DNA of 63,585 nt, filler included. It is 6 parts of 6 records of this genome, joined end to end, with 100 filler letters (N's around TTAATTAATTAA, not from the genome) between each part and the next. Parts side by side here need not be neighbours in the genome. Positions count along the whole stretch, not along the records: positions 1 to 6,835 come from SRR20825010_2542; positions 6,936 to 32,696 come from SRR20825010_2545; 4 more parts are not named here. One strand, given 5' to 3'. Positions within the stretch are counted from its first letter, which is position 1; every line of letters starts with the position of its first letter. The position numbers and the translations under genes are program-made. Below are positions 1 to 10,450 of this stretch, one piece after another. Under the pieces are notes generated by a model that was not told the origin of the DNA, ran no database searches, and saw nothing but the letters and a program-made list of their open reading frames with translations.

Positions 1-82
1 CGCGCATGCGCCGGGTGAGGGGAGACAGCGGCTGCCCCATGCATAGCGTTTGCGGCGTTGCTCCACTCACCCGCGCCGGAGT

Positions 83-709
83 TTACCGGGTCGTGGCCGA
101 AAGCGTCTCGGCAAGCGCCTGCTTCGGTTTCAGATTGCAGTAGGCCGGGCGGTCGCGTTCGAAGCGCCAGCCCTCGCCGAGCGGTCCGGCATCGACCTTG
201 TCGAAGCCGAACTGATTGTAGAGTTCGGCGACCACGGCCTTTGCCTCATCATCATCGCCGGCAAGCGGCAGGGCGAGGCGATCGGCCGCACCCTCCGGCC
301 GTCCCGCGACGTCAAGGTCGATCATGCGGATGGCGTTGAAGGCCTTGACGATACGGGCGTCGGGGAGATGGGCGGCGATCATTTCGCTGGTGGTGGTGTC
401 GCCCCGGTCCAGCGCCTCGATATGGCCGTCGCGCTCGTGATAGTAGTTGATGGCGTCGATCACGATCTTGCCCCGGAAGCCCTCCGGCGGCAGCGCGCCA
501 TAGGCGGTCAGTGGAACGGCGAGCACGATAGCGTCGCCGAAGGCGATCGCCTCGCCGACTGTGCCGACGGCACAGCCGAGGGCGCTTTTCATGCTGAAAA
601 GGCTTTGCGGTCCGCGCGAATTGCTGAGCATCACCTCATGGCCGGCCTGAACCGCCTTCTGCGCCACCGAGCGGCCGACAAAGCCCGCGCCGATAATTCC
701 GATTTTCAT
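83..709 (-). CDS. NADP oxidoreductase, F420-dependent/pyrroline-5-carboxylate reductase-like Rossmann family
   Basis: Start re-called at MKIGIIGAGFVG (GxGxxG); NSRGP, DAINY and VKAFN motifs; GGAG RBS-like sequence upstream. Confidence 0.85.
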   Translation of the reverse strand: MKIGIIGAGFVGRSVAQKAVQAGHEVMLSNSRGPQSLFSMKSALGCAVGTVGEAIAFGDAIVLAVPLTAYGALPPEGFRGKIVIDAINYYHERDGHIEALDRGDTTTSEMIAAHLPDARIVKAFNAIRMIDLDVAGRPEGAADRLALPLAGDDDEAKAVVAELYNQFGFDKVDAGPLGEGWRFERDRPAYCNLKPKQALAETLSATTR

Positions 710-811
710 GTGTTTTCTCCTTGTCATGCAATGATGACCCGGCTTAAACCTCCACCAGAGGTTTTTAAATATCGGAAAAACATACACTCTCCCAACCAAA
801 AGGAGATAATC

Positions 812-1729
812 ATGGACCGGCTCACCAGCATGGCCGTCTATGTCAAGGCGGTTGATCTCGGCTCGTTTGCGGCCGCCGCAGATGCGCTCGGCATCTCGCC
901 ACAGATGGTCTCCAAGCACATCGTGTTTCTGGAGGACAGGGTTGGCACAACGCTCCTCACCCGCACCACCCGCCGCCAGAGCCTCACGGATATCGGCCGC
1001 GCGTTCTACGAGCGCTGCCGTTTGATTCTTGGCGAGGCGGAGGCCGCGGAGGGGCTGGCCTCGGAGATGCATCGTCACCCCAAGGGTCTGCTGAAGGTCA
1101 ACGCGCCGAAAACCTTCGGAACGCTTGCGCTCGCGCCTTACGTCACCCGGTTTCTCGAAAAAAACCCGGAGGTGCAGGTCGAGGTCACGCTCGAGGATCG
1201 GTTCGTGGACCCGCTGGAGGAGGGCTTCGATGTCACCATCCGGATCGGGGGTGCGGAAAGCGCCGGCCTCGCCTCCATTGCGCTGGCGCCTTACGAACTG
1301 GTGGTCTGCGCCGCGCCCTCTTATCTCGCCCGTCACGGCGCGCCGGAAACCCCACAGGACCTGACCGGCCATGAATGCCTGATCTTCGGCCAGCGCGCCG
1401 GACAGACGCCATGCCGCTGGCTGTTTACCGAAAATGGCCGGGAACGGGAAATTCAGGTCAGCGGCCGGCTGTACAGCAATGACTGGCTGATGCTGTTGCG
1501 CGCCGCTGTCGAGGGCCACGGCGTTGCGCTCGGCTCGGATATCATCCTGCGGGAGGAATTGAAGGCCGGCCGCCTGGTGCGTCTTCTGACCGATTATCGC
1601 ACGCCCCCGCGCCCGATGCAGGCACTCTATCCGGCCCGGCGCAAACCAAGCGCCAAGGTGATGCGGTTCGTCGAAGGGCTTGCCGAGGCGTTTCCGCCCC
1701 GGCCCGATGTTCAGCCCGCGGCGCGATAG
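812..1729 (+). CDS. LysR-family transcriptional regulator
   Basis: MDRLTSM...GSFAAAADALGIS...LLTRTTRRQSLT HTH; AAGGAG RBS; divergent from the oxidoreductase. Confidence 0.93.
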   Translation: MDRLTSMAVYVKAVDLGSFAAAADALGISPQMVSKHIVFLEDRVGTTLLTRTTRRQSLTDIGRAFYERCRLILGEAEAAEGLASEMHRHPKGLLKVNAPKTFGTLALAPYVTRFLEKNPEVQVEVTLEDRFVDPLEEGFDVTIRIGGAESAGLASIALAPYELVVCAAPSYLARHGAPETPQDLTGHECLIFGQRAGQTPCRWLFTENGREREIQVSGRLYSNDWLMLLRAAVEGHGVALGSDIILREELKAGRLVRLLTDYRTPPRPMQALYPARRKPSAKVMRFVEGLAEAFPPRPDVQPAAR

Positions 1730-1923
1730 GCCTCGGGGGTAACGAAAACCTCGTCGGCGCGGCCATAGCCGCCATCGCCGACCTCCTCGATCAGCACCAT
1801 GGTGTGGGGCCGCGCGGCTTCGCTGAAATACTCGGTCAGCATGTCGGTGACGCGGTGGACGATTTCTTCCTTTTGCGCGCGGGTCAGCGCTGCTTCAGGG
1901 GTCTTGATGTTGACGAATGGCAT
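1711..1923 (-). CDS. 4-oxalocrotonate tautomerase family protein
   Basis: 70 aa, N-terminal Pro after Met (MPFVNIK), VLIEEV...GYG pattern. Confidence 0.85.
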   Translation of the reverse strand: MPFVNIKTPEAALTRAQKEEIVHRVTDMLTEYFSEAARPHTMVLIEEVGDGGYGRADEVFVTPEAYRAAG

Positions 1924-1950
1924 CTCGGTTCTCCTTGTTAGATCGTGTGG

Positions 1951-2679
1951 TCAGATCATGCCGCCATTGACGCGCAGCACCTGGCCGCTGATGAAGCGGG
2001 CCTCGTCGCTGACGAGAAACGCGACGGCTCCGGCGATATCGCCGGGCTCGCCCAGACGGCCGGCGGGAATCGTCCTGGTAATGTTGGCGACCAGTTCCTC
2101 GCTCTTGCCGCCGAAGAACAACTCGGTCGCAACCGGACCGGGCGCGATCGCATTGACGGTGATGCCCCGTGCGGCAAGCTCCTTGGCGGCGATATGCGTC
2201 ATGGTTTCGACGGCGGCCTTGGTTGCGGCATAGACGCCGTAGGCCGGAAGCCTGGTGCCGACGACGCTGGTCGAGAAGTTGACGATCCTGCCGCCATCGG
2301 CAAGCCGGTTGGCGGCTTCGCGAAGGCCGCGAAACGTGCCGCCGAAATTGACGGCGACCTGACGCTCGAAATCGTCGTCGGTGACCTTGCCGAGTGGCGC
2401 GAGCGCGATCATGCCGCCATTGTTGACGAGGATGTCCGCCTGTCCGAACGCGGCTTCGGCTGCGTCGAACAGGGCTTTGAGGCCGTCATCTGCTCCGATA
2501 TCGGCCTTGACGGCAATGGCCTTGCCGCCATTTTCCTCGATGGATGCGACCACCTCGTCCGCGGCGGCGACGTTCGAGGCGTAATTGACGACGATGTCGA
2601 TGCCGTCGGCGGCGAGCCGCCTTGCGATTTCCGCGCCGATCCCGCGCGATGCGCCGGTGATGATGGCTGTTCTGGTCAT
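1951..2679 (-). CDS. Short-chain dehydrogenase/reductase (SDR)
   Basis: TGASRGIG, NNGG, catalytic YAATK, VNAIAPG; start at MTRTAII with GGAG RBS. Confidence 0.93.
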   Translation of the reverse strand: MTRTAIITGASRGIGAEIARRLAADGIDIVVNYASNVAAADEVVASIEENGGKAIAVKADIGADDGLKALFDAAEAAFGQADILVNNGGMIALAPLGKVTDDDFERQVAVNFGGTFRGLREAANRLADGGRIVNFSTSVVGTRLPAYGVYAATKAAVETMTHIAAKELAARGITVNAIAPGPVATELFFGGKSEELVANITRTIPAGRLGEPGDIAGAVAFLVSDEARFISGQVLRVNGGMI

Positions 2680-2783
2680 GATAAACTCCATATGTCTGCG
2701 ACTGGGCTGAAGATAAGCTCCCGCCTGAACGAAACAATCACAGAAAATTTGACAAGATAATTCGGCTGTGGTGAACAATTGCC

Positions 2784-3677
2784 ATGGACAGATTTGACCG
2801 CATGCGCCTGTTCGCCCGGATCGTCGAGCGCGGCAGTTTCTCTGCCGCCGCTCTCGATCTCGCCCTTGCGCGCTCGACCGCCACGGAGGCGATCAAGGGG
2901 CTGGAGGCCGATCTCGGCGTGCGGCTTTTGGACCGCACCACCCGCCATGTCGCGACGACGCTCGACGGCGCCGATTATTACCGGCGCTGCATTGCGATCC
3001 TTGCCGATGTCGAGGAGGCCGAGGGGGCGTTCAGGGCCGGCAATCCGGATGGGCTTCTGCGCATCGATGCGCACCCGCACCTGACCCGCAATTTCCTGCT
3101 GCCCGGCCTGCCCGCCTTTCTGGCGCGATATCCCGATCTCAGAATCCATTTCGGACAGGGCGACCGCTATGTCGATCTGGTGCGCGAGGGCTTCGATTGC
3201 GTCATCCGGGCGGGCGAACTGGAGGATAGCGGCCTGATCGCCCGCAGGCTCGGCGCGCTTGGCGAGGTCACCGTGGCGAGCCCGGCCTATCTGGAGCGGC
3301 ACGGCGTGCCGGAAACGCCGGATGATCTGGCCGGGCATATGGCGGTCGGCTTCATCTCGTCGCGCACCGGCGAGGTGATGCCGCTCGAACTGATCGAGAA
3401 CGGCCGCACCCGCTACGTGACGCTCAAGTCCCGTGTGACCGCCAATGATTCCGGCACGGCCAATGCGCTGGCGCGGGCGGGGTTCGGGCTGGTGCAGGCG
3501 CCGCGCTATCATTTCGCCGAGGCGCTGGAGGCCGGCACCATGATTGAGGTCCTGCCGGACTTCCCGCCGCCGCCAACGCCGCTCACCGCGCTCTATCCCC
3601 AGAACCGCCACACCGCGCCGAGGCTGCGGGTGTTTCTCGAATGGGTGCAGGCGATTTTTTCCGGCGGCGAGGTCTGA
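2784..3677 (+). CDS. LysR-family transcriptional regulator
   Basis: MDRFDRM...GSFSAAA...RLLDRTTR HTH; divergent from the SDR. Confidence 0.93.
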   Translation: MDRFDRMRLFARIVERGSFSAAALDLALARSTATEAIKGLEADLGVRLLDRTTRHVATTLDGADYYRRCIAILADVEEAEGAFRAGNPDGLLRIDAHPHLTRNFLLPGLPAFLARYPDLRIHFGQGDRYVDLVREGFDCVIRAGELEDSGLIARRLGALGEVTVASPAYLERHGVPETPDDLAGHMAVGFISSRTGEVMPLELIENGRTRYVTLKSRVTANDSGTANALARAGFGLVQAPRYHFAEALEAGTMIEVLPDFPPPPTPLTALYPQNRHTAPRLRVFLEWVQAIFSGGEV

Positions 3678-3684
3678 GCGGGTT

Positions 3685-4584
3685 CTAGCCGTGCTCGCGA
3701 AGAAAGGCTTCCAGGAACTCGGCGAGCTTCAGGGCGGCGAAGGTGGGCGTGGGGCCCTCGGCGCGCACCAGCCGCATATCGCTGGCGATCTCCGCCGCTT
3801 TTGCGAAGGGGCGGAGAACGAGCTGGCCGTCGCGAAGCTCGCGGGCGACCGTCATCGCCGGCAGGATCAGCACAGCCGCGCCGCGCCGGGCAAGCTCCTT
3901 CTGGAGCTCCAGCGAGGATGTTGTGAAGGCGACATCCACCGGCGCGAACCCTCCCGCGCGCTGGCGATCGTCGAAATCGCGGCGGATGCTGAAGGCGCGG
4001 TCGGGCATGGCGATGGCGTGGCGACGAATGGCCGCGAGCGTGATTTCGTTTTCGCCGGCAAGCGGGTGGTCCGGCGCCATCACCGGATCATGCCTGACCG
4101 ACAGTGAAAACAGCGTCTCGATCCGCGCATCCGATGGCGAGAACATCGTGACCGCGATATCGGTCTCGCCGGTGGTCACCGCGTTGAGCGCGATTTCCGC
4201 CGACGTCACCGTCACGGCGATCGAGATTTTCGGATAAAGCGCGTAGAACTCGGCAAGTGCGGGAGCCAGGATCGCGTTGATCACCGCGCCGTTGACATGG
4301 ACCGAGACATGACCGGCGTTCAACCCCCGCAGATCGTCGATCACCTGCCGTGCGCCTTCGAGATCGCGGATCATCGCCTCGACGCGTTCGGCCAGCAGCG
4401 CGCCGGCGGGCGTCAGCGCAATGCCGCGCGCGCCGCGTTCGATCAGGACGGCGTTGAAATAGGCCTCGAGATTTTCAAGCTGGCGGCTGACGGCCATCGG
4501 CGAGACGCCCAGCGTCACGGCCGCCTGCCGGATCGAGCGCGAGCGCGTGAGTTCGTTGAAATAGACAAGAGCCTCGATCTGCAT
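3685..4584 (-). CDS. LysR-family transcriptional regulator
   Basis: Start at MQIEALVYF; SIRQAAVTLGVSPMAVSRQLENLE HTH; substrate-binding domain follows. Confidence 0.9.
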   Translation of the reverse strand: MQIEALVYFNELTRSRSIRQAAVTLGVSPMAVSRQLENLEAYFNAVLIERGARGIALTPAGALLAERVEAMIRDLEGARQVIDDLRGLNAGHVSVHVNGAVINAILAPALAEFYALYPKISIAVTVTSAEIALNAVTTGETDIAVTMFSPSDARIETLFSLSVRHDPVMAPDHPLAGENEITLAAIRRHAIAMPDRAFSIRRDFDDRQRAGGFAPVDVAFTTSSLELQKELARRGAAVLILPAMTVARELRDGQLVLRPFAKAAEIASDMRLVRAEGPTPTFAALKLAEFLEAFLREHG

Positions 4585-4691
4585 GGCGGTCTCGCATTTG
4601 CCGGAAACTTGATTGAGCCATCCGGCCGGCCACAAGGCAAGGTCGGTCTGAGATGATCCCTCCATGAATTTTGTGCGACGGCCTTGCCATT

Positions 4692-4709
4692 TGGTATTAA
4701 ATTGGTATC
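4692..4709 (+). promoter_or_regulatory. Putative NagQ operator (tandem TGGTATT-like direct repeat)
   Basis: TGGTATT-aaat-TGGTATC with 11-bp period just upstream of the GntR gene heading the nag operon; matches the direct-repeat motif described for proteobacterial NagQ. Confidence 0.65.
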
Positions 4710-4731
4710 TTTTCTCCAGCAGGAGACGAGC

Positions 4732-5478
4732 GTGCGGGTTTTTCAGGATTTCGACATTTCGGGTGACGGGCCGATCTACCGGCGGCTGAAGGCCGAACTG
4801 GCAAGGGCGGTTGAAAGCGGGGCGCTGGCCCATGGCGAAGCCCTTCCGCCCGAGCGCGACCTCGCCCGGATCGTCGGCGTCAGCCGGGTGACCGTGCGCC
4901 GGGCGATCGCGGAACTGACCAGCGAGGGTTTCCTGCAGCGCCGCCATGGCGCCGGCACTTTTGTGCTCCGCCCGCCGGCGCGGATCGAGCAGCCGCTGAA
5001 GCGGCTGACATCGTTCACCGAGGATATGCAGGCGCGTGGCCTTACGCCGCGCTCGCTGTGGCTGGAACGCGGCCTGTTTGCCGCAAGCGCCGAGGAAGCC
5101 GCAGCGCTGAAGCTTGGCGCCAATGCCGCCGTCGCCCGCCTCAGCCGTATCCGTCTTGGCGACGACCTGCCGATGGCGATCGAACATTCCACGCTGCCCG
5201 CCGACATTATCGAGCGGCCCGACCTTGTCGAAACCTCGCTTTACGGCGCGCTCGCCGCGCGCGGCGTCACCATGGTGAAAGCCGAGGAGCGGATCACCGC
5301 CTGCATCCTGACCTCTGCGCAGGCGGCGCTTCTGACGGTGTCACCCGGCGCGCCGGCACTTGCGATCCGCCGCACCGGTTTTACGGCCGGCGGCCGGGCG
5401 GTGGAACTGACCAGAACCTATTATCGAAGCGATATCTATGACCTCGTCGCCGAGCTGACCTATGCCGGCGACCCATGA
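4732..5478 (+). CDS. GntR/HutC-family (UTRA) regulator of GlcNAc utilisation, NagQ-like
   Basis: LPPERDLA...GVSRVTVRRA...HGAGTFV wHTH plus UTRA domain; GTG start with AGGAG RBS; precedes nagB-II and nagA. Confidence 0.88.
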   Translation: MRVFQDFDISGDGPIYRRLKAELARAVESGALAHGEALPPERDLARIVGVSRVTVRRAIAELTSEGFLQRRHGAGTFVLRPPARIEQPLKRLTSFTEDMQARGLTPRSLWLERGLFAASAEEAAALKLGANAAVARLSRIRLGDDLPMAIEHSTLPADIIERPDLVETSLYGALAARGVTMVKAEERITACILTSAQAALLTVSPGAPALAIRRTGFTAGGRAVELTRTYYRSDIYDLVAELTYAGDP

Positions 5479-5494
5479 AACGGAAGATGACTGC

Positions 5495-6523
5495 ATGACC
5501 GACATTACCAATATGCGCCGCGAAATCGACGAGATTCCCGAAGCCGCCGCCCGGCTTCTCGACAGCCAGAGCACGGCGCTCGCCGCCGCCGGCCGGGCGC
5601 TCGCCGAAAAGGACCCCGCGGTGATTGTCACCATCGCGCGCGGCTCGTCCGATCACGCGGCGCTGTTTCTGAAATACGCGATCGAACTGACCGTCGGCAT
5701 TCCGGTCGCCTCCCTCGGCCCGTCGCTTGCCTCGATCTATGGTGCGAAGCTCAGGATGAACAAGGCGGCCGCCATTTCTGTGTCGCAGTCCGGCAAGAGC
5801 CCGGATATCGTGGCGCTTGCAAAGGCCGCGCGCGATGGCGGCGCGCTGTCGCTTGCGCTGGTCAACACCATCGCCTCGCCGCTTGCCGAGATCGCCGATC
5901 AGCCGATCGATATCGCCGCAGGCCCGGAAAAGGCGGTGGCCGCGACCAAATCCTACGTCAATTCGATCGTGGCCGGTCTTGCCGTGCTGTCGGAATGGGC
6001 CGATGACGCGGCGCTCAAGGCCGCGCTCGCGAAATTGCCGGGCGATCTCGAAAAGGCGCTGGCCTGCGACTGGTCGGCGCTGATCGATCCCTTGAAGCAT
6101 GCGCAATCGCTCTATGTGCTGGGACGCGGCCCGAGCTTTGCGATCGCCAGCGAAGCCTCGCTGAAATGCAAGGAGACCTCGGAACTCCATGCCGAGGCCT
6201 ATTCCTCGGCGGAAGTGATGCACGGCCCGGTCTCGCTGGTGGAGCCGCGCTTCCCGGTGATCGCGTTCGCCGCCCGCGACAAGGCGGAGGACAGCGTCGT
6301 CAGGATCGCCTCCGGCCTGGCCAAAAAGGGAGCGTCGGTGTTTCTTTCGTCGGATCGCGGCGAGGGCACCGGGATGCTGCCGCATGTGGCGACCGGCCAT
6401 CCGCTGACCGATGCGCTGGCGCTGATCGTGCCCTATTACAGCGTCATCGAGAAACTGTCGCGCGCCCGCGGCTTCAACCCGGATGCGCCGGTGGCGCTCA
6501 ACAAGGTGACGGAGACCGAATAA
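5495..6523 (+). CDS. SIS-domain glucosamine-6-phosphate deaminase (NagB-II type)
   Basis: ARGSSDHA, SQSGKSPD, VAATKS, LKCKE and HGP motifs of a double SIS protein; no glutaminase domain. Confidence 0.88.
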   Translation: MTDITNMRREIDEIPEAAARLLDSQSTALAAAGRALAEKDPAVIVTIARGSSDHAALFLKYAIELTVGIPVASLGPSLASIYGAKLRMNKAAAISVSQSGKSPDIVALAKAARDGGALSLALVNTIASPLAEIADQPIDIAAGPEKAVAATKSYVNSIVAGLAVLSEWADDAALKAALAKLPGDLEKALACDWSALIDPLKHAQSLYVLGRGPSFAIASEASLKCKETSELHAEAYSSAEVMHGPVSLVEPRFPVIAFAARDKAEDSVVRIASGLAKKGASVFLSSDRGEGTGMLPHVATGHPLTDALALIVPYYSVIEKLSRARGFNPDAPVALNKVTETE

Positions 6524-6525
6524 TC

Positions 6526-6835
6526 ATGAAGAAGGCGATCCGCGGCGCACGGATATTCGATGGCGAAGGCTTTCTCGAAGGCCGCGCGCTGGTGTTTTCC
6601 ACGGAAGGCATCGAGGCAATCGTCTCGGCGCGCCACATTCCGGACGAATGCGAGATCATCCCGGCCGATGGCCAGGTCCTGGCGCCCGGCTTTGTCGATC
6701 TTCAGGTCAATGGCGGCGGCGGCCTGCTGTTCAACAACGCGCCGGATATCGAGGGGCTTCGCACCATATGCGCCGCCCAGATCCGCTCCGGCGTCACCGC
6801 GCTGCTGCCGACGCTGATCACCGACCGGCCGGATG
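6526..6835 (+). CDS. nagA: N-acetylglucosamine-6-phosphate deacetylase (5' fragment, cut by contig end)
   Basis: PGFVDLQVNGGGG and GVTALLPTLIT motifs. Confidence 0.88.
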
Positions 6836-6935
6836 NNNNNNNNNNNNNNNNNNNNNNNNNNNNNNNNNNNNNNNNNNNNTTAATTAATTAANNNNNNNNN
6901 NNNNNNNNNNNNNNNNNNNNNNNNNNNNNNNNNNN
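6836..6935. other. Artificial contig spacer
   Basis: 44 N + TTAATTAATTAA (stops in all six frames) + 44 N. Confidence 0.99.
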
Positions 6936-9322
6936 TGGCTTGGCCATGCATCCCCCCATTTCTGTTTGAGAGCCGCAAGCTCGGCATTGGCCTGTGGGCC
7001 GCTCTTGTAAAATCGGCGGGACTTGCCGAGTGGCGTCAGATCCACATCTGCGATGACGCTTTCCTCGTATCCCGTGGTCTCGTCGCGTTTGATAATCAGG
7101 ACACGCCTGTCATTTTTCCTGCGGCTACGTGTGCGACCCTGAACAAAGAGCATTTGCTCGGCGTTCAAGTTGAAGGGACGCAAGCTTTCTTCCGTGACCT
7201 TCGAATTCGGGAAGAAGATGAAAACGGCCGTGTTTTCAATAATTGCTTCGTAACCCTCGGACTTTGTGAGGGCTGCCGGGTCCTGGAAGATCATGCCGCA
7301 AATACCGCCAAGCTTACGGTATTCACGCCACATCACCTCACTTAGGTTTCTGAAGCCGAGGTTTTGGCGCAGTCTGGCCGCTTCCTCGATGGTCATCACA
7401 AACCCGTCATCCCGGCCGGCAACCGACTTTGCAATCGCTTGGGAAATGTGCGCCACAACCGGCCCGCCAAGGGACGGATCGGCCAAAGCCTCGTTCATGT
7501 TGAGGCCGACCATGTGGGACTGGTTCAGAACACCACCGAGGCTGTCCCGAGGAGCGTTGAAAATATGACTGCGAAGGCCCTTGTTGCCCTTGTCGTCAAC
7601 AACCCATTGGGCAAAAGCTTCGCGTAGGGCCGAACGACGGGCGAATGCGTAAGGGTAGATGGCATTGATCGTTCGTTCAGGCGGCTCAAGCTCAAAGGTC
7701 AATTCAACGGCATGATCAAGATCTCGGATGTCTTCCTTGTCGAGATCGATACCTGCAATCGACTTGAGAATAAGCCTTATACGTTCCCTGTTTCCGGGGG
7801 TGTCTTCGCCGACATCCAGCGGGTTCAGAGCAAGGCCGTCATAGGCCTGATAAAGCCCACCCATTGCCTCAATCATATATCTAGAACCTTCCTGTGAATC
7901 GAACAGGTAGGAACGGACATTCGGGAACTTTGCCAGCCCGCCAAGCAGATGCATCATCAGAGTGGATTTGCCACTGCCGGCCGGAGCAAAAACCAGAAAG
8001 TTGCCGAGCGTGAGCGGCTTGTTCACGACATGGAACTGGAATGCATAGGTTTGGCCGCTAGGGGTGGCAAACCAGCGAACGGGGGCAGGGCCAAGCGGGC
8101 TTTCCAGCATACCGGTTGCGGAATGCGGGAAGGCCCATATCGCTGCAATATTCTGATCGCGAAGATCAAGACTTGCCATCATCCGCCCGCCCGGGGGCAG
8201 CAAGCCACCCTTACCCGGTTTGGGCAGGCGGAAGAACCAGCAGGCAGGCGCACCGGCTGTCTGGATGGAATAACCGATACGCTGATCACCGAGAATGACG
8301 GCAATTTGTTGGATCAGAAGATCGAGCGCTTCTGCCGTTTCGGCGCGTGCAATAATACAGAATTGCGAGGCAAACAGTCCGACATTGCCCGACGCGAGAT
8401 ACTTGAGAAGGGCGTCTGTTTCCTTCGCTGCCGCCGGGTTACCGAACCACGTGCTTTCTTCAGATTTTTGCCGACGCTTGAAAAACATTGTGGCCTGATC
8501 GCGTCCCCAGGGCTCGCAGACCTGACTGATTTCAATGTCACCCTCCAAGGTCAGGATTTCTCCCATGAACCGGGCAGAGATCTGTTCGGGCCAATGGGTG
8601 ACCGTGATGATCTTCTGGAATTTTTGCTGCGGAACATTCGTCGTTATTGTGCCGCTAATTTTGTCAAACGAGATATCGGAGGCGGGTAAACCTCCCGATA
8701 TATTGCGGCTGGCAGACGGCAGGTCGTGCCGGTATTCCCCGCAGACCAGACCGTTCAGGAAACCGGTCAGCGGGCAGGCTTCGTCATTAGTTTCGGCTTT
8801 GCGCAGAACCGAAGGACGATAGGGGGCGAGCAATGCATCTATCTTTTCTTCGGCTTCACTAAGCGGGCGCATTTCCGAAGCAGAGAGCATCAGGTACCAG
8901 TCGATAAAATAACTGGCCTTGAACCGTTCGGCCTCAGCTGTTCCGATCTCGTCTAAAACAGCGTTGGGCCATGTTGCCTGATTGCTAATTTGGCGCTGGC
9001 GTTTGACGCCAATGAAGCGGATAGCAACACCGGTTTTGCCGAGCTCCATAATCAGATCAGAACGACCATGCATCATCGTGTTCTGCTCGACATCAATCCG
9101 AGCGTCGTAGCTGGTGCCTTCGATGTGCCATACCCGCGAAACGGAACCGTCCTTGTTCCGGATGGTCACATCGTCAATCTGATCGATGCAATCGAGTTCA
9201 AGCTCATCCTGTAACCAGTCTTGCTGCAGGTCGCCGAGCATCAGTTTGCGGGCAGCCGGTACGGCAAGACCAGCACCCATCAAAGATATCATTCCGGTGG
9301 AGATTACCTCGGGCCAAATCAT
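6936..9322 (-). CDS. virB4: VirB4/TrbE-family type IV secretion ATPase (extreme 3' end cut by contig end)
   Basis: About 800 aa; Walker A APAGSGKS, Walker B-like TIEEA, WREYRKLGG, FQDP; follows virB2 and virB3. Confidence 0.88.
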
Positions 9323-9624
9323 TCTGACTGACCTCCGGCAGACAGGATAGAGAGTTTCCCTTTGCGTTTGACCCAGTATCGCGGGGCAAGAAGAAGCTGC
9401 TTGTCAAAGAATGGATCGTTACGATAACGACGAACGAGAATAAGCCAGCTGCCAACGATCCCGATTGCTCCACATGGGATTGCAAGCACCAGAGATCGGG
9501 CGATCAAGGGTATTACAAGTGCTGAAACTCCAAACGTGGCCGAGACGAAGAGCAACCTTAAAGGAAGGCCTGCGATGGTCATTTCGTGCTGAATGTGGGT
9601 CTGGACGAGGCTTGCGGCTTTCAT
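9319..9624 (-). CDS. virB3: VirB3/TrbD-like T4SS inner-membrane protein
   Basis: 101 aa, TIAGLP motif, two TM helices, DPFF motif; 4-nt overlap with virB4. Confidence 0.8.
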   Translation of the reverse strand: MKAASLVQTHIQHEMTIAGLPLRLLFVSATFGVSALVIPLIARSLVLAIPCGAIGIVGSWLILVRRYRNDPFFDKQLLLAPRYWVKRKGKLSILSAGGQSE

Positions 9625-9637
9625 TGCTACCTCGCGA

Positions 9638-9982
9638 CTATTCGATGAATGATAGAAGACCGTCGGCCATCAAAGGGCCGGCGACTGCGATAATTCCGCC
9701 AATCACGCGGATAAATGCTTGTTTGGGGTCCATTTGACCTGTGAGTGCCCCCCAGCCGCCCCAAAACATTAGGCCCAAGCCGAGCATTACAGCGACAATC
9801 GCCCCGACACCTTCTGAAATCAGGTTCAGCCCGTCGACGATCCAGCTGTACCACTTCTTGTCGGAGCCACCTGCGCCACCCTCACCACCAAGATCGACGC
9901 CTTGGGCGAGAGCCTGTTCTGCAAGCATGATGGAGAGCAGAACATTGCTGGTGACAGCTCCGATGAATGATTTGATTTTCAT
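9638..9982 (-). CDS. virB2: VirB2/TrbC-like pilin
   Basis: Signal peptide ending ALAQ, two hydrophobic helices, position upstream of virB3; GAGGA RBS. Confidence 0.75.
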   Translation of the reverse strand: MKIKSFIGAVTSNVLLSIMLAEQALAQGVDLGGEGGAGGSDKKWYSWIVDGLNLISEGVGAIVAVMLGLGLMFWGGWGALTGQMDPKQAFIRVIGGIIAVAGPLMADGLLSFIE

Positions 9983-10012
9983 TAGATCCTCGTCTGTATT
10001 TGAATTCGTCAA

Positions 10013-10450
10013 TTAGCGAGCGGCCGCAAAAAGCAGACCGACGTTGAAAACGACGGCAATCAGGTTCACGGCAGTGATTATCGATAGGTACAGAAGGTTT
10101 TTCCTGAACTTGCCCGTAGCGCGATCCGCCTGACGGGCGGCCTCGTTCATGGCTTCAACACGCTCGCGAACGACATCGCCAATTGCCTCATTTTTGAAGG
10201 TCTTGATCGAAATATCGACATCGCGCGTGAAGGTGTCGGCAGCGGCTTGTACTGCTTCGGCCAGAGCTCGACGTTCCCGTTCGTTATACCGCTCTTGCTG
10301 ATCAAGCCCGACACGCAGCATTGTGAAAACCAGCAGGATCGGATCGTCTTCTCCGACCGTGACCCCATGCTGCTTCCACAGAAATGTGCGAAGTTCATCG
10401 ATTGTCTCGATGCTATTTGGAAGCGGCGGCATATCGTCGAGAGCAGACAT
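10013..10450 (-). CDS. traM: TraM-like conjugal transfer protein (IncP type)
   Basis: KQHGVTVGEDDPILL resembles the IncP TraM HGIAVGRDDPVLI motif; C-terminal TM; TGATG coupling to traL. Confidence 0.75.
   Translation of the reverse strand: MSALDDMPPLPNSIETIDELRTFLWKQHGVTVGEDDPILLVFTMLRVGLDQQERYNERERRALAEAVQAAADTFTRDVDISIKTFKNEAIGDVVRERVEAMNEAARQADRATGKFRKNLLYLSIITAVNLIAVVFNVGLLFAAAR

Noticed and set aside
50-811. 254-aa N-terminal extension on the first LysR, and the reciprocal extension 710-1519 on the oxidoreductase
   Set aside because: Antisense read-through in high-GC DNA; real starts with RBS are at 812 and 709
6836-6935. Recurrent palindrome TTAATTAATTAA in N runs (five copies)
   Set aside because: Assembly linker giving stops in six frames; ORFs ending in X...LIN are artefacts
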